Source: Eledone cirrhosa (lineage: Eukaryota). Taken from it: a stretch of DNA of 64,000 nucleotides. The stretch's first letter is position 1; every line of letters begins with the position of its first letter. Position numbers and translations under genes: made by a program. The stretch is from NCBI GenBank assembly GCA_964016885.1, contig OZ024744.1, positions 96,100,001 through 96,164,000 on the forward strand, given 5' to 3'. Below, in pieces: positions 13,001-28,000 of this stretch. The notes under the pieces were generated by a model. The model saw only the letters and a list, made by a program, of their open reading frames with translations. It had not been told where the DNA came from and did not search any database.

Positions 13001-16000
13001 GAGGTGGGGTGTTATAGTGGTGTTGTGAGGTGGGCGTTATAGTGGTGTTGTGAGGTGGGGTGTTATAGTGGTGTTGTGAGGTGGGGTGTTATAGTGGTGT
13101 TGTGAGGTGGGGTGTTATAATGGTGTTGTGAGGTGCGGTGTTATAGTGGTGTTGTGAGGTGGGGTGTTATATTGGTGTTGTGAGGTGGTGTGTTATAGTG
13201 GTGTTGTTGTGAGGTGGGGTGTTATAGTGGTGTTGTGGGGTGATGTGTTATAGTGGTGTTTTGAGGTAGGGTGTTATAATGGTGTTGTGAGGTGGGGTGT
13301 TATAATGGTGTTATGAGGTGGGGTGTTATAGTGGTGTTGTGAGGTGGGGTGTTATAGTGGCGTTGTGAGGTGAGGTGTTATAGTGGTGTTGTGAGGTGGA
13401 GTGTTATAATGGTGTTTTGAGGTGGGGTGTTATAATGGTGTTGTGAGGTGGGGTGTTATAGTGGTGTTGTGAGGTGGGTGTTATAGTGGTGTTGTGAGGT
13501 GGGGTGTTAAAGTGGTGTTGTCAGGCGGGGTGTTATAGTGGTGTTGTGAGGTGGGGTTTTATAGTGGTGTTGTGAGGTGGGGTGTTATAGTGGTGTTGTG
13601 AGGTGGGGTGTTATAGTGGTGTTGTGAGGTGGGGTGTTATAGTGGTGTTGTGGGGTGGGTTGTTATAGTGGTGTTGTGAGGTGGGGTGTTATAGTGGTGT
13701 TGTGAGGTGGGTGTTATAGTTGTGTTGTGAGGTGGGATGTTATAGTGGTGTTGTGAGGTGGAGTGTTATAATGGTGTTTTGAGGTGGGGTGTTATAATGG
13801 TGTTGTGAGGTGGGTGTTATAATGGTGTTGTGAAGTGGGGTGTTATAGTGGTGTTGTGAGGTGGAGTGTTATAGTGGTGTTGTGAGGTGTGGTGTTATAG
13901 TGGTCTTGTGAGGTGGGGTGTTATAGTGGTGTTGTGAGGTGGGGTGTTATAATGGTGTTGTGAGGTGGAGTGTTATAATGGTGTTGTGAGGTGGAGTGTT
14001 ATAATGGTGTTTTGAGGTGGGGTGTTATAGTGGTGTTGTGAGCTGGGGTGTTATAGTGGTGTTGTGAGGTGAGGTGTTATAGTGGTGTTGTGAGGTGGGG
14101 TTTTATAGTGGTGTTGTGAGGTGGGGTGTTATATTGGTGTTGTGAGGTGGGGTGTTACAGTGGTGTTGTGAGGTGGGGTGTTATATTCGTGTTTTGAGGT
14201 GGGGTGTTACAGTGGTGTTGTGGGCTGATGTGTTATAGTGTTGTTGTGAGGTGGGATGTTATAGTGGTGTTGTGAAGTGGAGTGTTATAATGGTGTTGTG
14301 TGGTGGGGTGTTATAGTGTTGTTGTGAGGTGGGGTGTAATAGTGGTGTTGTGATGTGGGGTGTTATAATGGTGTTGTTAGGTGGGGTGTTATAGTGGTGT
14401 TGTGAGGTGGGTTTTATAGTGGTGTTTTGAGGTGGGGTGTTATAATGGTGTTGTGAGGTGGGGTGTTATAATGGTGTTGAGAGGTGGTGTGTTATAGTGG
14501 TTTTGTGAGGTGGGATGTTATACTGGTGTTGTGAGTTGGGATGTTATAGTGTTGTTGTGTGGTGGGGTGTTATAGTGTTGTTGTGAGGTGGGGTGTTATA
14601 GTGGTGTTGTGATGTGGGGTGTTATAATGGTGTTGTGAGGTGGGGTGTTATAGTGGTGTTGTGAGGTCGGTTTTATAGTGGTGTTGTGAGGTTGGGTGTT
14701 ATAGTGGTGTCGTGAGGTGGGGTGTTATAGTGGTGTTTTGAGGTGGGTTGTTATAATGGTGTTGTGAGGCGGGGTGTTATAGTGGTGTTGTGAGTTGGGA
14801 TGTTATAGTGGTGTTGTGAAGTGGTGTGTTATAGTGGTGTTGTGAGGTGGGATGTTATAATGGTGTTGTGAGGTGGGGTGTTATAGTGGTGTTGTGAGGT
14901 AGGTGTTATAGTGATGTTGAGAGGTGGGGTGTTATAGTGGTGTTGTGAGGTGGGCTGTTATAGTTGTGTTGTGAGGTGGGGTGTTATAGTGATTTGTGGG
15001 GTGGGGTGTTATAGTGGTGTTGTGAGGTGGGGTGTTATAGTGGTGTTGTGAGGTGGGGTGTTATAATGGTGTTGTGAGGTGGGGTGTTATAGTGGTGTTG
15101 TGAGGTGGTGTGTTATAGTGGTGTTGTTGTGAGGTGGGGTGTTATAGTGGTGTTGTGAGGTGGGGTGTTATAGTGGTGTTGTGAGGTGGCGTGTTATAGT
15201 GGTGTTGTGAGGTGGGGTGTTATAGTGGTGTTGTGAGGGGGGATGTTATAGTGGTGTTGTGAGGTGGGGTGTTATAGGGGTGTTGTGAGGTGGGGTGTTA
15301 TAGTGGTGTTGTGAGGTAGGGTGTTGTAGTGGTGTTGTGAGGTGGGGTGTTATAGTGGTGTTGTGAGGTGGGGTGTTATAATGGTGTTGTGAGGTGGGTG
15401 TTATAATGGCGTTGTGGGGTGATGTGTTATAATGGTGTTGTGAGGTGGGGTGTTATAGTGGTGTTGTGAAGTGGGGTGTTATAGTGGTGTTGTGAGCTGG
15501 GATGTTATAGTGGTGTTGTGGGGTGATTGTTATAGTGGTGTTGTGGGGTGATGTGTTATTGTGGTGTTGTGAGGTGGGGGTGTTATAGTGGTGTTGTGAG
15601 GTGGGGTGTTACAGTGGTGTTGTGAGGTGGGGTGTTATAGTGGTGTTGTGGGGTGATGTGTTATAGATGTGTTTTGAGGTGGGGTGTTATAATGGTGTTG
15701 TGAGGCGGGGTGTTATAGTGGTGTTGTGAGGTGGGGTGTTATAATGGTGTTGTGAGGTGGGGTGTTATAGTGGTGTTGTGAGGTGGGGTGTTATATTGGT
15801 GTTGTGAGGTGGAGTGTTATAGTGGTGTTGTGAGGTGGGTGTTATAGTGGTGTTGTGAGGTGGGGTGTTATAGTGGTGTTGTGAGGTGGCGTGTTATAGT
15901 GGTGTTGTGAGGTGAGGTGTTATAGTGGTGTTGTGAGGTGGAGAGTTATAGTGGTGTTGTGAGGTGGGGTGTTATAGTGGTGTTGTGAGGTGGGGTGTTA

Positions 16001-19000
16001 TAGTGGTGTTGTGAGGTGGGGTGTTATAGTGGTGTTGTGAGGTGTTGTGTTATAGTGGTGTTATAGTGGTGTTTTGAGGTGGGATGTTATAGTGGTGTTT
16101 TGAGGTGGGGTGTTATAATGGTGTTGTGAGGCGGGGTGTTATAGTGTTGTTGTGAGGTGGGGTGTTATAGTGGTGTTGTGAGGTGGGGTGTTATAATGGT
16201 GTTGTGAGGTGGGGTTTTATAGTGGTGTTGTGAGGTGGGGTGTTATATTGGTGTTGTGAGGTGGGGTGTTACAGTGGTGTTGTGGGCTGATGTGTTATAG
16301 TGTTGTTGTGAGGTGGGATGTTATAGTGGTGTTGTGAAGTGGAGTGTTATAATGGTGTTGTGAGGTGGGGTGTTATAGTGGTGTTGTGAGGTGGGGTGTT
16401 ATAGTGGTGTTGTGAGGTGGGGTGTTATAGTGGTGTTGTGAGGTAGGGTGTTATAGTGGTGTTGTGGGGGTGATGTGTTATAGTGGTGTTTTGAGGTGGG
16501 GTGTTATAATGGTGTTGTGAGGTGGGGTGTTATAATGGTGTTATGAGGTGGGGTGTTATAGTGGTGTTGTGAGGTGGGGTGTTATAGTGGCGTTGTGAGG
16601 TGTAATAGTGGTGTTGTGAGGTGGAGTGTTATAATGGTGTTTTGAGGTGGGGTGTTATAATGGTGTTGTGAGGTGGGGTGTTATAGCGGTGTTGTGAGGT
16701 GGGCGTTATAGTGGTGTTGTGAGGTGGGGTGTTATAGTGGTGTTGTGAGGTGGGGTGTTATAGTGGTGTTGTGAGGTGGGGTGTTATAATGGTGTTGTGA
16801 GGTGGGGTGTTATAGTGGTGTTGTGAGGTGGGGTGTTATATTGGTGTTGTGAGGTGGTGTGTTATAGTGGTGTTGTTGTGAGGTGGGGTGTTATAGTGGT
16901 GTTGTGGGGTGATGTGTTATAGTGGTGTTTTGAGGTAGGGTGTTATAATGGTGTTGTGAGGTGGGGTGTTATAATGGTGTTATGAGGTGGGGTGTTATAG
17001 TGGTGTTGTGAGGTGGGGTGTTATAGTGGCGTTGTGAGGTGAGGTGTTATAGTGGTGTTGTGAGGTGGAGTGTTATAATGGTGTTTTGAGGTGGGGTGTT
17101 ATAATGGTGTTGTGAGGTGGGGTGTTATAGTGGTGTTGTGAGGTGGGTGTTATAGTGGTGTTGTGAGGTGGGGTGTTAAAGTGGTGTTGTCAGGCGGGGT
17201 GTTATAGTGGTGTTGTGAGGTGGGGTTTTATAGTGGTGTTGTGAGGTGGGGTGTTATAGTGGTGTTGTGAGGTGGGGTGTTATAGTGGTGTTGTGAGGTG
17301 GGGTGTTATAGTGGTGTTGTGGGGTGGGTTGTTATAGTGGTGTTGTGAGGTGGGGTGTTATAGTGGTGTTGTGAGGTGGGTGTTATAGTTGTGTTGTGAG
17401 GTGGGATGTTATAGTGGTGTTGTGAGGTGGAGTGTTATAATGGTGTTTTGAGGTGGGGTGTTATAATGGTGTTGTGAGGTGGGTGTTATAATGGTGTTGT
17501 GAAGTGGGGTGTTATAGTGGTGTTGTGAGGTGGAGTGTTATAGTGGTGTTGTGAGGTGTGGTGTTATAGTGGTCTTGTGAGGTGGGGTGTTATAGTGGTG
17601 TTGTGAGGTGGGGTGTTATAATGGTGTTGTGAGGTGGAGTGTTATAATGGTGTTGTGAGGTGGAGTGTTATAATGGTGTTTTGAGGTGGGGTGTTATAGT
17701 GGTGTTGTGAGCTGGGGTGTTATAGTGGTGTTGTGAGGTGAGGTGTTATAGTGGTGTTGTGAGGTGGGGTTTTATAGTGGTGTTGTGAGGTGGGGTGTTA
17801 TATTGGTGTTGTGAGGTGGGGTGTTACAGTGGTGTTGTGAGGTGGGGTGTTATATTGGTGTTTTGAGGTGGGGTGTTACAGTGGTGTTGTGGGCTGATGT
17901 GTTATAGTGTTGTTGTGAGGTGGGATGTTATAGTGGTGTTGTGAAGTGGAGTGTTATAATGGTGTTGTGTGGTGGGGTGTTATAGTGTTGTTGTGAGGTG
18001 GGGTGTAATAGTGGTGTTGTGATGTGGGGTGTTATAATGGTGTTGTGAGGTGGGGTGTTATAGTGGTGTTGTGAGGTGGGTTTTATAGTGGTGTTTTGAG
18101 GTGGGGTGTTATAATGGTGTTGTGAGGTGGGGTGTTATAATGGTGTTGAGAGGTGGTGTGTTATAGTGGTTTTGTGAGGTGGGATGTTATACTGGTGTTG
18201 TGAGTTGGGATGTTATAGTGTTGTTGTGTGGTGGGGTGTTATAGTGTTGTTGTGAGGTGGGGTGTTATAGTGGTGTTGTGATGTGGGGTGTTATAATGGT
18301 GTTGTGAGGTGGGGTGTTATAGTGGTGTTGTGAGGTGGGTTTTATAGTGGTGTTGTGAGGTTGGGTGTTATAGTGGTGTCGTGAGGTGGGGTGTTATAGT
18401 GGTGTTTTGAGGTGGGTTGTTATAATGGTGTTGTGAGGCGGGGTGTTATAGTGGTGTTGTGAGTTGGGATGTTATAGTGGTGTTGTGAAGTGGTGTGTTA
18501 TAGTGGTGTTGTGAGGTGGGATGTTATAATGGTGTTGTGAGGTGGGGTGTTATAGTGGTGTTGTGAGGTAGGTGTTATAGTGATGTTGAGAGGTGGGGTG
18601 TTATAGTGGTGTTGTGAGGTGGGCTGTTATAGTTGTGTTGTGAGGTGGGGTGTTATAGTGATTTGTGGGGTGGGGTGTTATAGTGGTGTTGTGAGGTGGG
18701 GTGTTATAGTGGTGTTGTGAGGTGGGGTGTTATAATGGTGTTGTGAGGTGGGGTGTTATAGTGGTGTTGTGAGGTGGTGTGTTATAGTGGTGTTGTTGTG
18801 AGGTGGGGTGTTATAGTGGTGTTGTGAGGTGGGGTGTTATAGTGGTGTTGTGAGGTGGCGTGTTATAGTGGTGTTGTGAGGTGGGGTGTTATAGTGGTGT
18901 TGTGAGGGGGGATGTTATAGTGGTGTTGTGAGGTGGGGTGTTATAGGGGTGTTGTGAGGTGGGGTGTTATAGTGGTGTTGTGAGGTAGGGTGTTATAGTG

Positions 19001-22000
19001 GTGTTGTGAGGTGGGGTGTTATAGTGGTGTTGTGAGGTGGGGTGTTATAATGGTGTTGTGAGGTGGGTGTTATAATGGCGTTGTGGGGTGATGTGTTATA
19101 ATGGTGTTGTGAGGTGGGGTGTTATAGTGGTGTTGTGAAGTGGGGTGTTATAGTGGTGTTGTGAGCTGGGATGTTATAGTGGTGTTGTGGGGTGATTGTT
19201 ATAGTGGTGTTGTGGGGTGATGTGTTATTGTGGTGTTGTGAGGTGGGGTGTTATAGTGGTGTTGTGAGGTGGGGTGTTACAGTGGTGTTGTGAGGTGGGG
19301 TGTTATAGTGGTGTTGTGGGGTGATGTGTTATAGATGTGTTTTGAGGTGGGGTGTTATAATGGTGTTGTGAGGCGGGGTGTTATAGTGGTGTTGTGAGGT
19401 GGGGTGTTATAATGGTGTTGTGAGGTGGGGTGTTATAGTGGTGTTGTGAGGTGGGGTGTTATATTGGTGTTGTGAGGTGGTGTGTTATAGTGGTGTTGTT
19501 GTGAGGTGGGGTGTTATAGTGGTGTTGTGGGGTGATGTGTTATAGTGGTGTTTTGAGGTAGGGTGTTATAATGGTGTTGTGAGGTGGGGTGTTATAATGG
19601 TGTTATGAGGTGGGGTGTTATAGTGGTGTTGTGAGGTGGGGTGTTATAGTGGCGTTGTGAGGTGAGGTGTTATAGTGGTGTTGTGAGGTGGAGTGTTATA
19701 ATGGTGTTTTGAGGTGGGGTGTTATAATGGTGTTGTGAGGTGGGGTGTTATAGTGGTGTTGTGAGGTGGGTGTTATAGTGGTGTTGTGAGGTGGGGTGTT
19801 AAAGTGGTGTTGTCAGGCGGGGTGTTATAGTGGTGTTGTGAGGTGGGGTTTTATAGTGGTGTTGTGAGGTGGGGTGTTATAGTGGTGTTGTGAGGTGGGG
19901 TGTTATAGTGGTGTTGTGAGGTGGGGTGTTATAGTGGTGTTGTGGGGTGGGTTGTTATAGTGGTGTTGTGAGGTGGGGTGTTATAGTGGTGTTGTGAGGT
20001 GGGTGTTATAGTTGTGTTGTGAGGTGGGATGTTATAGTGGTGTTGTGAGGTGGAGTGTTATAATGGTGTTTTGAGGTGGGGTGTTATAATGGTGTTGTGA
20101 GGTGGGTGTTATAATGGTGTTGTGAAGTGGGGTGTTATAGTGGTGTTGTGAGGTGGAGTGTTATAGTGGTGTTGTGAGGTGTGGTGTTATAGTGGTCTTG
20201 TGAGGTGGGGTGTTATAGTGGTGTTGTGAGGTGGGGTGTTATAATGGTGTTGTGAGGTGGAGTGTTATAATGGTGTTGTGAGGTGGAGTGTTATAATGGT
20301 GTTTTGAGGTGGGGTGTTATAGTGGTGTTGTGAGCTGGGGTGTTATAGTGGTGTTGTGAGGTGAGGTGTTATAGTGGTGTTGTGAGGTGGGGTTTTATAG
20401 TGGTGTTGTGAGGTGGGGTGTTATATTGGTGTTGTGAGGTGGGGTGTTACAGTGGTGTTGTGAGGTGGGGTGTTATATTGGTGTTTTGAGGTGGGGTGTT
20501 ACAGTGGTGTTGTGGGCTGATGTGTTATAGTGTTGTTGTGAGGTGGGATGTTATAGTGGTGTTGTGAAGTGGAGTGTTATAATGGTGTTGTGTGGTGGGG
20601 TGTTATAGTGTTGTTGTGAGGTGGGGTGTAATAGTGGTGTTGTGATGTGGGGTGTTATAATGGTGTTGTGAGGTGGGGTGTTATAGTGGTGTTGTGAGGT
20701 GGGTTTTATAGTGGTGTTTTGAGGTGGGGTGTTATAATGGTGTTGTGAGGTGGGGTGTTATAATGGTGTTGAGAGGTGGTGTGTTATAGTGGTTTTGTGA
20801 GGTGGGATGTTATACTGGTGTTGTGAGTTGGGATGTTATAGTGTTGTTGTGTGGTGGGGTGTTATAGTGTTGTTGTGAGGTGGGGTGTTATAGTGGTGTT
20901 GTGATGTGGGGTGTTATAATGGTGTTGTGAGGTGGGGTGTTATAGTGGTGTTGTGAGGTGGGTTTTATAGTGGTGTTGTGAGGTTGGGTGTTATAGTGGT
21001 GTCGTGAGGTGGGGTGTTATAGTGGTGTTTTGAGGTGGGTTGTTATAATGGTGTTGTGAGGCGGGGTGTTATAGTGGTGTTGTGAGTTGGGATGTTATAG
21101 TGGTGTTGTGAAGTGGTGTGTTATAGTGGTGTTGTGAGGTGGGATGTTATAATGGTGTTGTGAGGTGGGGTGTTATAGTGGTGTTGTGAGGTAGGTGTTA
21201 TAGTGATGTTGAGAGGTGGGGTGTTATAGTGGTGTTGTGAGGTGGGCTGTTATAGTTGTGTTGTGAGGTGGGGTGTTATAGTGATTTGTGGGGTGGGGTG
21301 TTATAGTGGTGTTGTGAGGTGGGGTGTTATAGTGGTGTTGTGAGGTGGGGTGTTATAATGGTGTTGTGAGGTGGGGTGTTATAGTGGTGTTGTGAGGTGG
21401 TGTGTTATAGTGGTGTTGTTGTGAGGTGGGGTGTTATAGTGGTGTTGTGAGGTGGGGTGTTATAGTGGTGTTGTGAGGTGGCGTGTTATAGTGGTGTTGT
21501 GAGGTGGGGTGTTATAGTGGTGTTGTGAGGGGGGATGTTATAGTGGTGTTGTGAGGTGGGGTGTTATAGGGGTGTTGTGAGGTGGGGTGTTATAGTGGTG
21601 TTGTGAGGTAGGGTGTTATAGTGGTGTTGTGAGGTGGGGTGTTATAGTGGTGTTGTGAGGTGGGGTGTTATAATGGTGTTGTGAGGTGGGTGTTATAATG
21701 GCGTTGTGGGGTGATGTGTTATAATGGTGTTGTGAGGTGGGGTGTTATAGTGGTGTTGTGAAGTGGGGTGTTATAGTGGTGTTGTGAGCTGGGATGTTAT
21801 AGTGGTGTTGTGGGGTGATTGTTATAGTGGTGTTGTGGGGTGATGTGTTATTGTGGTGTTGTGAGGTGGGGTGTTATAGTGGTGTTGTGAGGTGGGGTGT
21901 TACAGTGGTGTTGTGAGGTGGGGTGTTATAGTGGTGTTGTGGGGTGATGTGTTATAGATGTGTTTTGAGGTGGGGTGTTATAATGGTGTTGTGAGGCGGG

Positions 22001-25000
22001 GTGTTATAGTGGTGTTGTGAGGTGGGGTGTTATAATGGTGTTGTGAGGTGGGGTGTTATAGTGGTGTTGTGAGGTGGGGTGTTATATTGGTGTTTTGAGG
22101 TGGGGTGTTACAGTGGTGTTGTGGGCTGATGTGTTATAGTGTTGTTGTGAGGTGGGATGTTATAGTGCTGTTGTGAAGTGGAGTGTTATAATGGTGTTGT
22201 GTGGTGGGGTGTTATAATGGTGTTGTGAGGTAGGTGTTATAGTGATGTTGAGAGGTGGGGTGTTATAGTGGTGTTGTGAGGTGGGCTGTTATAGTTGTGT
22301 TGTGAGGTGGGGTGTTATAGTGATTTGTGGGGTGGGGTGTTATAGTGGTGTTGTGAGGTGGGGTGTTATAGTGGTGTTGTGAGGTGGGGTGTTATAATGG
22401 TGTTGTGAGGTGGGGTGTTATAGTGGTGTTGTGAGGTGGTGTGTTATAGTGGTGTTGTTGTGAGGTGGGGTGTTATAGTGGTGTTGTGAGGTGGGGTGTT
22501 ATAGTGGTGTTGTGAGGTGGCGTGTTATAGTGGTGTTGTGAGGTGGGGTGTTATAGTGGTGTTGTGAGGGGGGATGTTATAGTGGTGTTGTGAGGTGTTA
22601 TAGGGGTGTTGTGAGGTGGGGTGTTATAGTGGTGTTGTGAGGTAGGGTGTTGTAGTGGTGTTGTGAGGTGGGGTGTTATAGTGGTGTTGTGAGGTGGGGT
22701 GTTATAATGGTGTTGTGGGGTGATGTGTTATAATGGTGTTGTGAGGTGGGGTGTTATAGTGGTGTTGTGAAGTGGGGTGTTATAGTGGTGTTGTGAGCTG
22801 GGATGTTATAGTGGTGTTGTGGGGTGATTGTTATAGTGGTGTTGTGGGGTGATGTGATATAGTGGTGTTGTGGGGTGATGTGTTATTGTGGTGTTGTGAG
22901 GTGGGGTGTTATAGTGGTGTTGTGAGGTGGGGTGTTACAGTGGTGTTGTGAGGTGGGGTGTTATAGTGGTGTTGTGGGGTGATGTGTTATAGATGTGTTT
23001 TGAGGTGGGGTGTTATAATGGTGTTGTGAGGCGGGGTGTTATAGTGGTGTTGTGAGGTGGGGTGTTATAATGGTTTTGTGAGGTGGGGTGTTATAGTGGT
23101 GTTGTGAGGTGGGGTGTTATATTGGTGTTGTGAGGTGGAGTGTTATAGTGGTGTTGTGAGGTGGGTGTTATAGTGGTGTTGTGAGGTGGGGTGTTATAGT
23201 GGTGTTGTGAGGTGGCGTGTTATAGTGGTGTTGTGAGGTGAGGTGTTATAGTGGTGTTGTGAGGTGGAGAGTTATAGTGGTGTTGTGAGGTGGGGTGTTA
23301 TAGTGGTGTTGTGAGGTGGGGTGTTATAGTGGTGTTGTGAGGTGGGGTGTTATAGTGGTGTTGTGAGGTGTTGTGTTATAGTGGTGTTATAGTGGTGTTT
23401 TGAGGTGGGATGTTATAGTGGTGTTTTGAGGTGGGGTGTTATAATGGTGTTGTGAGGCGGGGTGTTATAGTGTTGTTGTGAGGTGGGGTGTTATAGTGGT
23501 GTTGTGAGGTGGGGTGTTATAATGGTGTTGTGAGGTGGGGTTTTATAGTGGTGTTGTGAGGTGGGGTGTTATATTGGTGTTGTGAGGTGGGGTGTTACAG
23601 TGGTGTTGTGGGCTGATGTGTTATAGTGTTGTTGTGAGGTGGGATGTTATAGTGGTGTTGTGAAGTGGAGTGTTATAATGGTGTTGTGAGGTGGGGTGTT
23701 ATAGTGGTGTTGTGAGGTGGGGTGTTATAGTGGTGTTGTGAGGTAGTGTGTTATAGTGGTGTTGTGGGGGTGATGTGTTATAGTGGTGTTTTGAGGTGGG
23801 GTGTTATAATGGTGTTGTGAGGTGGGGTGTTATAATGGTGTTATGAGGTGGGGTGTTATAGTGGTGTTGTGAGGTGGGGTGTTATAGTGGCGTTGTGAGG
23901 TGAGGTGTAATAGTGGTGTTGTGAGGTGGAGTGTTATAATGGTGTTTTGAGGTGGGGTGTTATAATGGTGTTGTGAGGTGGGGTGTTATAGTGGTGTTGT
24001 GAGGTGGGCGTTATAGTGGTGTTGTGAGGTGGGGTGTTATAGTGGTGTTGTGAGGTGGGGTGTTATAGTGGTGTTGTGAGGTGGGGTGTTATAATGGTGT
24101 TGTGAGGTGGGGTGTTATAGTGGTGTTGTGAGGTGGGGTGTTATATTGGTGTTGTGAGGTGGTGTGTTATAGTGGTGTTGTTGTGAGGTGGGGTGTTATA
24201 GTGGTGTTGTGGGGTGATGTGTTATAGTGGTGTTTTGAGGTAGGGTGTTATAATGGTGTTGTGAGGTGGGGTGTTATAATGGTGTTATGAGGTGGGGTGT
24301 TATAGTGGTGTTGTGAGGTGGGGTGTTATAGTGGCGTTGTGAGGTGAGGTGTTATAGTGGTGTTGTGAGGTGGAGTGTTATAATGGTGTTTTGAGGTGGG
24401 GTGTTATAATGGTGTTGTGAGGTGGGGTGTTATAGTGGTGTTGTGAGGTGGGTGTTATAGTGGTGTTGTGAGGTGGGGTGTTAAAGTGGTGTTGTCAGGC
24501 GGGGTGTTATAGTGGTGTTGTGAGGTGGGGTTTTATAGTGGTGTTGTGAGGTGGGGTGTTATAGTGGTGTTGTGAGGTGGGGTGTTATAGTGGTGTTGTG
24601 AGGTGGGGTGTTATAGTGGTGTTGTGGGGTGGGTTGTTATAGTGGTGTTGTGAGGTGGGGTGTTATAGTGGTGTTGTGAGGTGGGTGTTATAGTGGTGTT
24701 GTGAGGTGGGATGTTATAGTGGTGTTGTGAGGTGGAGTGTTATAATGGTGTTTTGAGGTGGGGTGTTATAATGGTGTTGTGAGGTGGGTGTTATAATGGT
24801 GTTGTGAAGTGGGGTGTTATAGTGGTGTTGTGAGGTGGAGTGTTATAGTGGTGTTGTGAGGTGTGGTGTTATAGTGGTCTTGTGAGGTGGGGTGTTATAG
24901 TGGTGTTGTGAGGTGGGGTGTTATAATGGTGTTGTGAGGTGGAGTGTTATAATGGTGTTGTGAGGTGGAGTGTTATAATGGTGTTTTGAGGTGGGGTGTT

Positions 25001-28000
25001 ATAGTGGTGTTGTGAGCTGGGGTGTTATAGTGGTGTTGTGAGGTGAGGTGTTATAGTGGTGTTGTGAGGTGGGGTTTTATAGTGGTGTTGTGAGGTGGGG
25101 TGTTATATTGGTGTTGTGAGGTGGGGTGTTACAGTGGTGTTGTGAGGTGGGGTGTTATATTGGTGTTTTGAGGTGGGGTGTTACAGTGGTGTTGTGGGCT
25201 GATGTGTTATAGTGTTGTTGTGAGGTGGGATGTTATAGTGGTGTTGTGAAGTGGAGTGTTATAATGGTGTTGTGTGGTGGGGTGTTATAGTGTTGTTGTG
25301 AGGTGGGGTGTAATAGTGGTGTTGTGATGTGGGGTGTTATAATGGTGTTGTGAGGTGGGGTGTTATAGTGGTGTTGTGAGGTGGGTTTTATAGTGGTGTT
25401 TTGAGGTGGGGTGTTATAATGGTGTTGTGAGGTGGGGTGTTATAATGGTGTTGAGAGGTGGTGTGTTATAGTGGTTTTGTGAGGTGGGATGTTATACTGG
25501 TGTTGTGAGTTGGGATGTTATAGTGTTGTTGTGTGGTGGGGTGTTATAGTGTTGTTGTGAGGTGGGGTGTTATAGTGGTGTTGTGATGTGGGGTGTTATA
25601 ATGGTGTTGTGAGGTGGGGTGTTATAGTGGTGTTGTGAGGTCGGTTTTATAGTGGTGTTGTGAGGTTGGGTGTTATAGTGGTGTCGTGAGGTGGGGTGTT
25701 ATAGTGGTGTTTTGAGGTGGGTTGTTATAATGGTGTTGTGAGGCGGGGTGTTATAGTGGTGTTGTGAGGTGGGCTGTTATAGTTGTGTTGTGAGGTGGGG
25801 TGTTATAGTGATTTGTGGGGTGGGGTGTTATAGTGGTGTTGTGAGGTGGGGTGTTATAGTGGTGTTGTGAGGTGGGGTGTTATAATGGTGTTGTGAGGTG
25901 GGGTGTTATAGTGGTGTTGTGAGGTGGTGTGTTATAGTGGTGTTGTTGTGAGGTGGGGTGTTATAGTGGTGTTGTGAGGTGGGGTGTTATAGTGGTGTTG
26001 TGAGGTGGCGTGTTATAGTGGTGTTGTGAGGTGGGGTGTTATAGTGGTGTTGTGAGGGGGGATGTTATAGTGGTGTTGTGAGGTGGGGTGTTATAGGGGT
26101 GTTGTGAGGTGGGGTGTTATAGTGGTGTTGTGAGGTAGGGTGTTGTAGTGGTGTTGTGAGGTGGGGTGTTATAGTGGTGTTGTGAGGTGGGGTGTTATAA
26201 TGGTGTTGTGAGGTGGGTGTTATAATGGCGTTGTGGGGTGATGTGTTATAATGGTGTTGTGAGGTGGGGTGTTATAGTGGTGTTGTGAAGTGGGGTGTTA
26301 TAGTGGTGTTGTGAGCTGGGATGTTATAGTGGTGTTGTGGGGTGATTGTTATAGTGGTGTTGTGGGGTGATGTGTTATTGTGGTGTTGTGAGGTGGGGTG
26401 TTATAGTGGTGTTGTGAGGTGGGGTGTTACAGTGGTGTTGTGAGGTGGGGTGTTATAGTGGTGTTGTGGGGTGATGTGTTATAGATGTGTTTTGAGGTGG
26501 GGTGTTATAATGGTGTTGTGAGGCGGGGTGTTATAGTGGTGTTGTGAGGTGGGGTGTTATAATGGTGTTGTGAGGTGGGGTGTTATAGTGGTGTTGTGAG
26601 GTGGGGTGTTATATTGGTGTTTTGAGGTGGGGTGTTACAGTGGTGTTGTGGGCTGATGTGTTATAGTGTTGTTGTGAGGTGGGATGTTATAGTGCTGTTG
26701 TGAAGTGGAGTGTTATAATGGTGTTGTGTGGTGGGGTGTTATAATGGTGTTGTGAGGTGGGGCGTTATAGTGGTGTTGTGAGGTGGGATGTTATACTGGT
26801 GTTGTGAGTTGGGATGTTATAGTGTTGTTGTGTGGTGGGGTGTTATAGTGTTGTTGTGAGGTGGGGTGTTATAGTGGTGTTGTGATGTGGGGTGTTATAA
26901 TGGTGTTGTGAGGTGGGGTGTTATAGTGGTGTTGTGAGGTGGGTGTTATAGTGGTGTTGTGAGGTGGGGTGTTATAGTGGTGTCGTGAGGTGGGGTGTTA
27001 TAGTGGTGTTTTGAGGTGGGTTGTTATAATGGTGTTGTGAGGCGGGGTGTTATAGTGGTGTTGTGAGGTGGGATGTTATAGTGGTGTTGTGAGGTGGTGT
27101 GTTATAGTGGTGTTGTGATGTGGGGTGTTATAATGGTGTTGTGAGGTGGGGTGTTATAGTGGTGTTGTGAGGTGGGTGTTATAGTGGTGTTGTGAGGTGG
27201 GGTGTTATAGTGGTGTCGTGAGGTGGGGTTTTATAGTGGTGTTTTGAGGTGGGGTGTTATAATGGTGTTGTGAGGTGGGGTGTTATAATGGTGTTGAGAG
27301 GTGGTGTGTTATAGTGGTTTTGTGAGGTGGGATGTTATACTGGTGTTGTGAGTTGGGATGTTATAGTGTTGTTGTGTGGTGGGGTGTTATAGTGTTGTTG
27401 TGAGGTGGGGTGTTATAGTGGTGTTGTGATGTGGGGTGTTATAATGGTGTTGTGAGGTGGGGTGTTATAGTGGTGTTGTGAGGTGGGTTTTATAGTGGTG
27501 TTGTGAGGTTGGGTGTTATAGTGGTGTCGTGAGGTGGGGTGTTATAGTGGTGTTTTGAGGTGGGTTGTTATAATGGTGTTGTGAGGCGGGGTGTTATAGT
27601 GGTGTTGTGAGGTGGGCTGTTATAGTTGTGTTGTGAGGTGGGGTGTTATAGTGATTTGTGGGGTGGGGTGTTATAGTGGTGTTGTGAGGTGGGGTGTTAT
27701 AGTGGTGTTGTGAGGTGGGGTGTTATAATGGTGTTGTGAGGTGGGGTGTTATAGTGGTGTTGTGAGGTGGTGTGTTATAGTGGTGTTGTTGTGAGGTGGG
27801 GTGTTATAGTGGTGTTGTGAGGTGGGGTGTTATAGTGGTGTTGTGAGGTGGCGTGTTATAGTGGTGTTGTGAGGTGGGGTGTTATAGTGGTGTTGTGAGG
27901 GGGGATGTTATAGTGGTGTTGTGAGGTGGGGTGTTATAGGGGTGTTGTGAGGTGGGGTGTTATAGTGGTGTTGTGAGGTAGGGTGTTGTAGTGGTGTTGT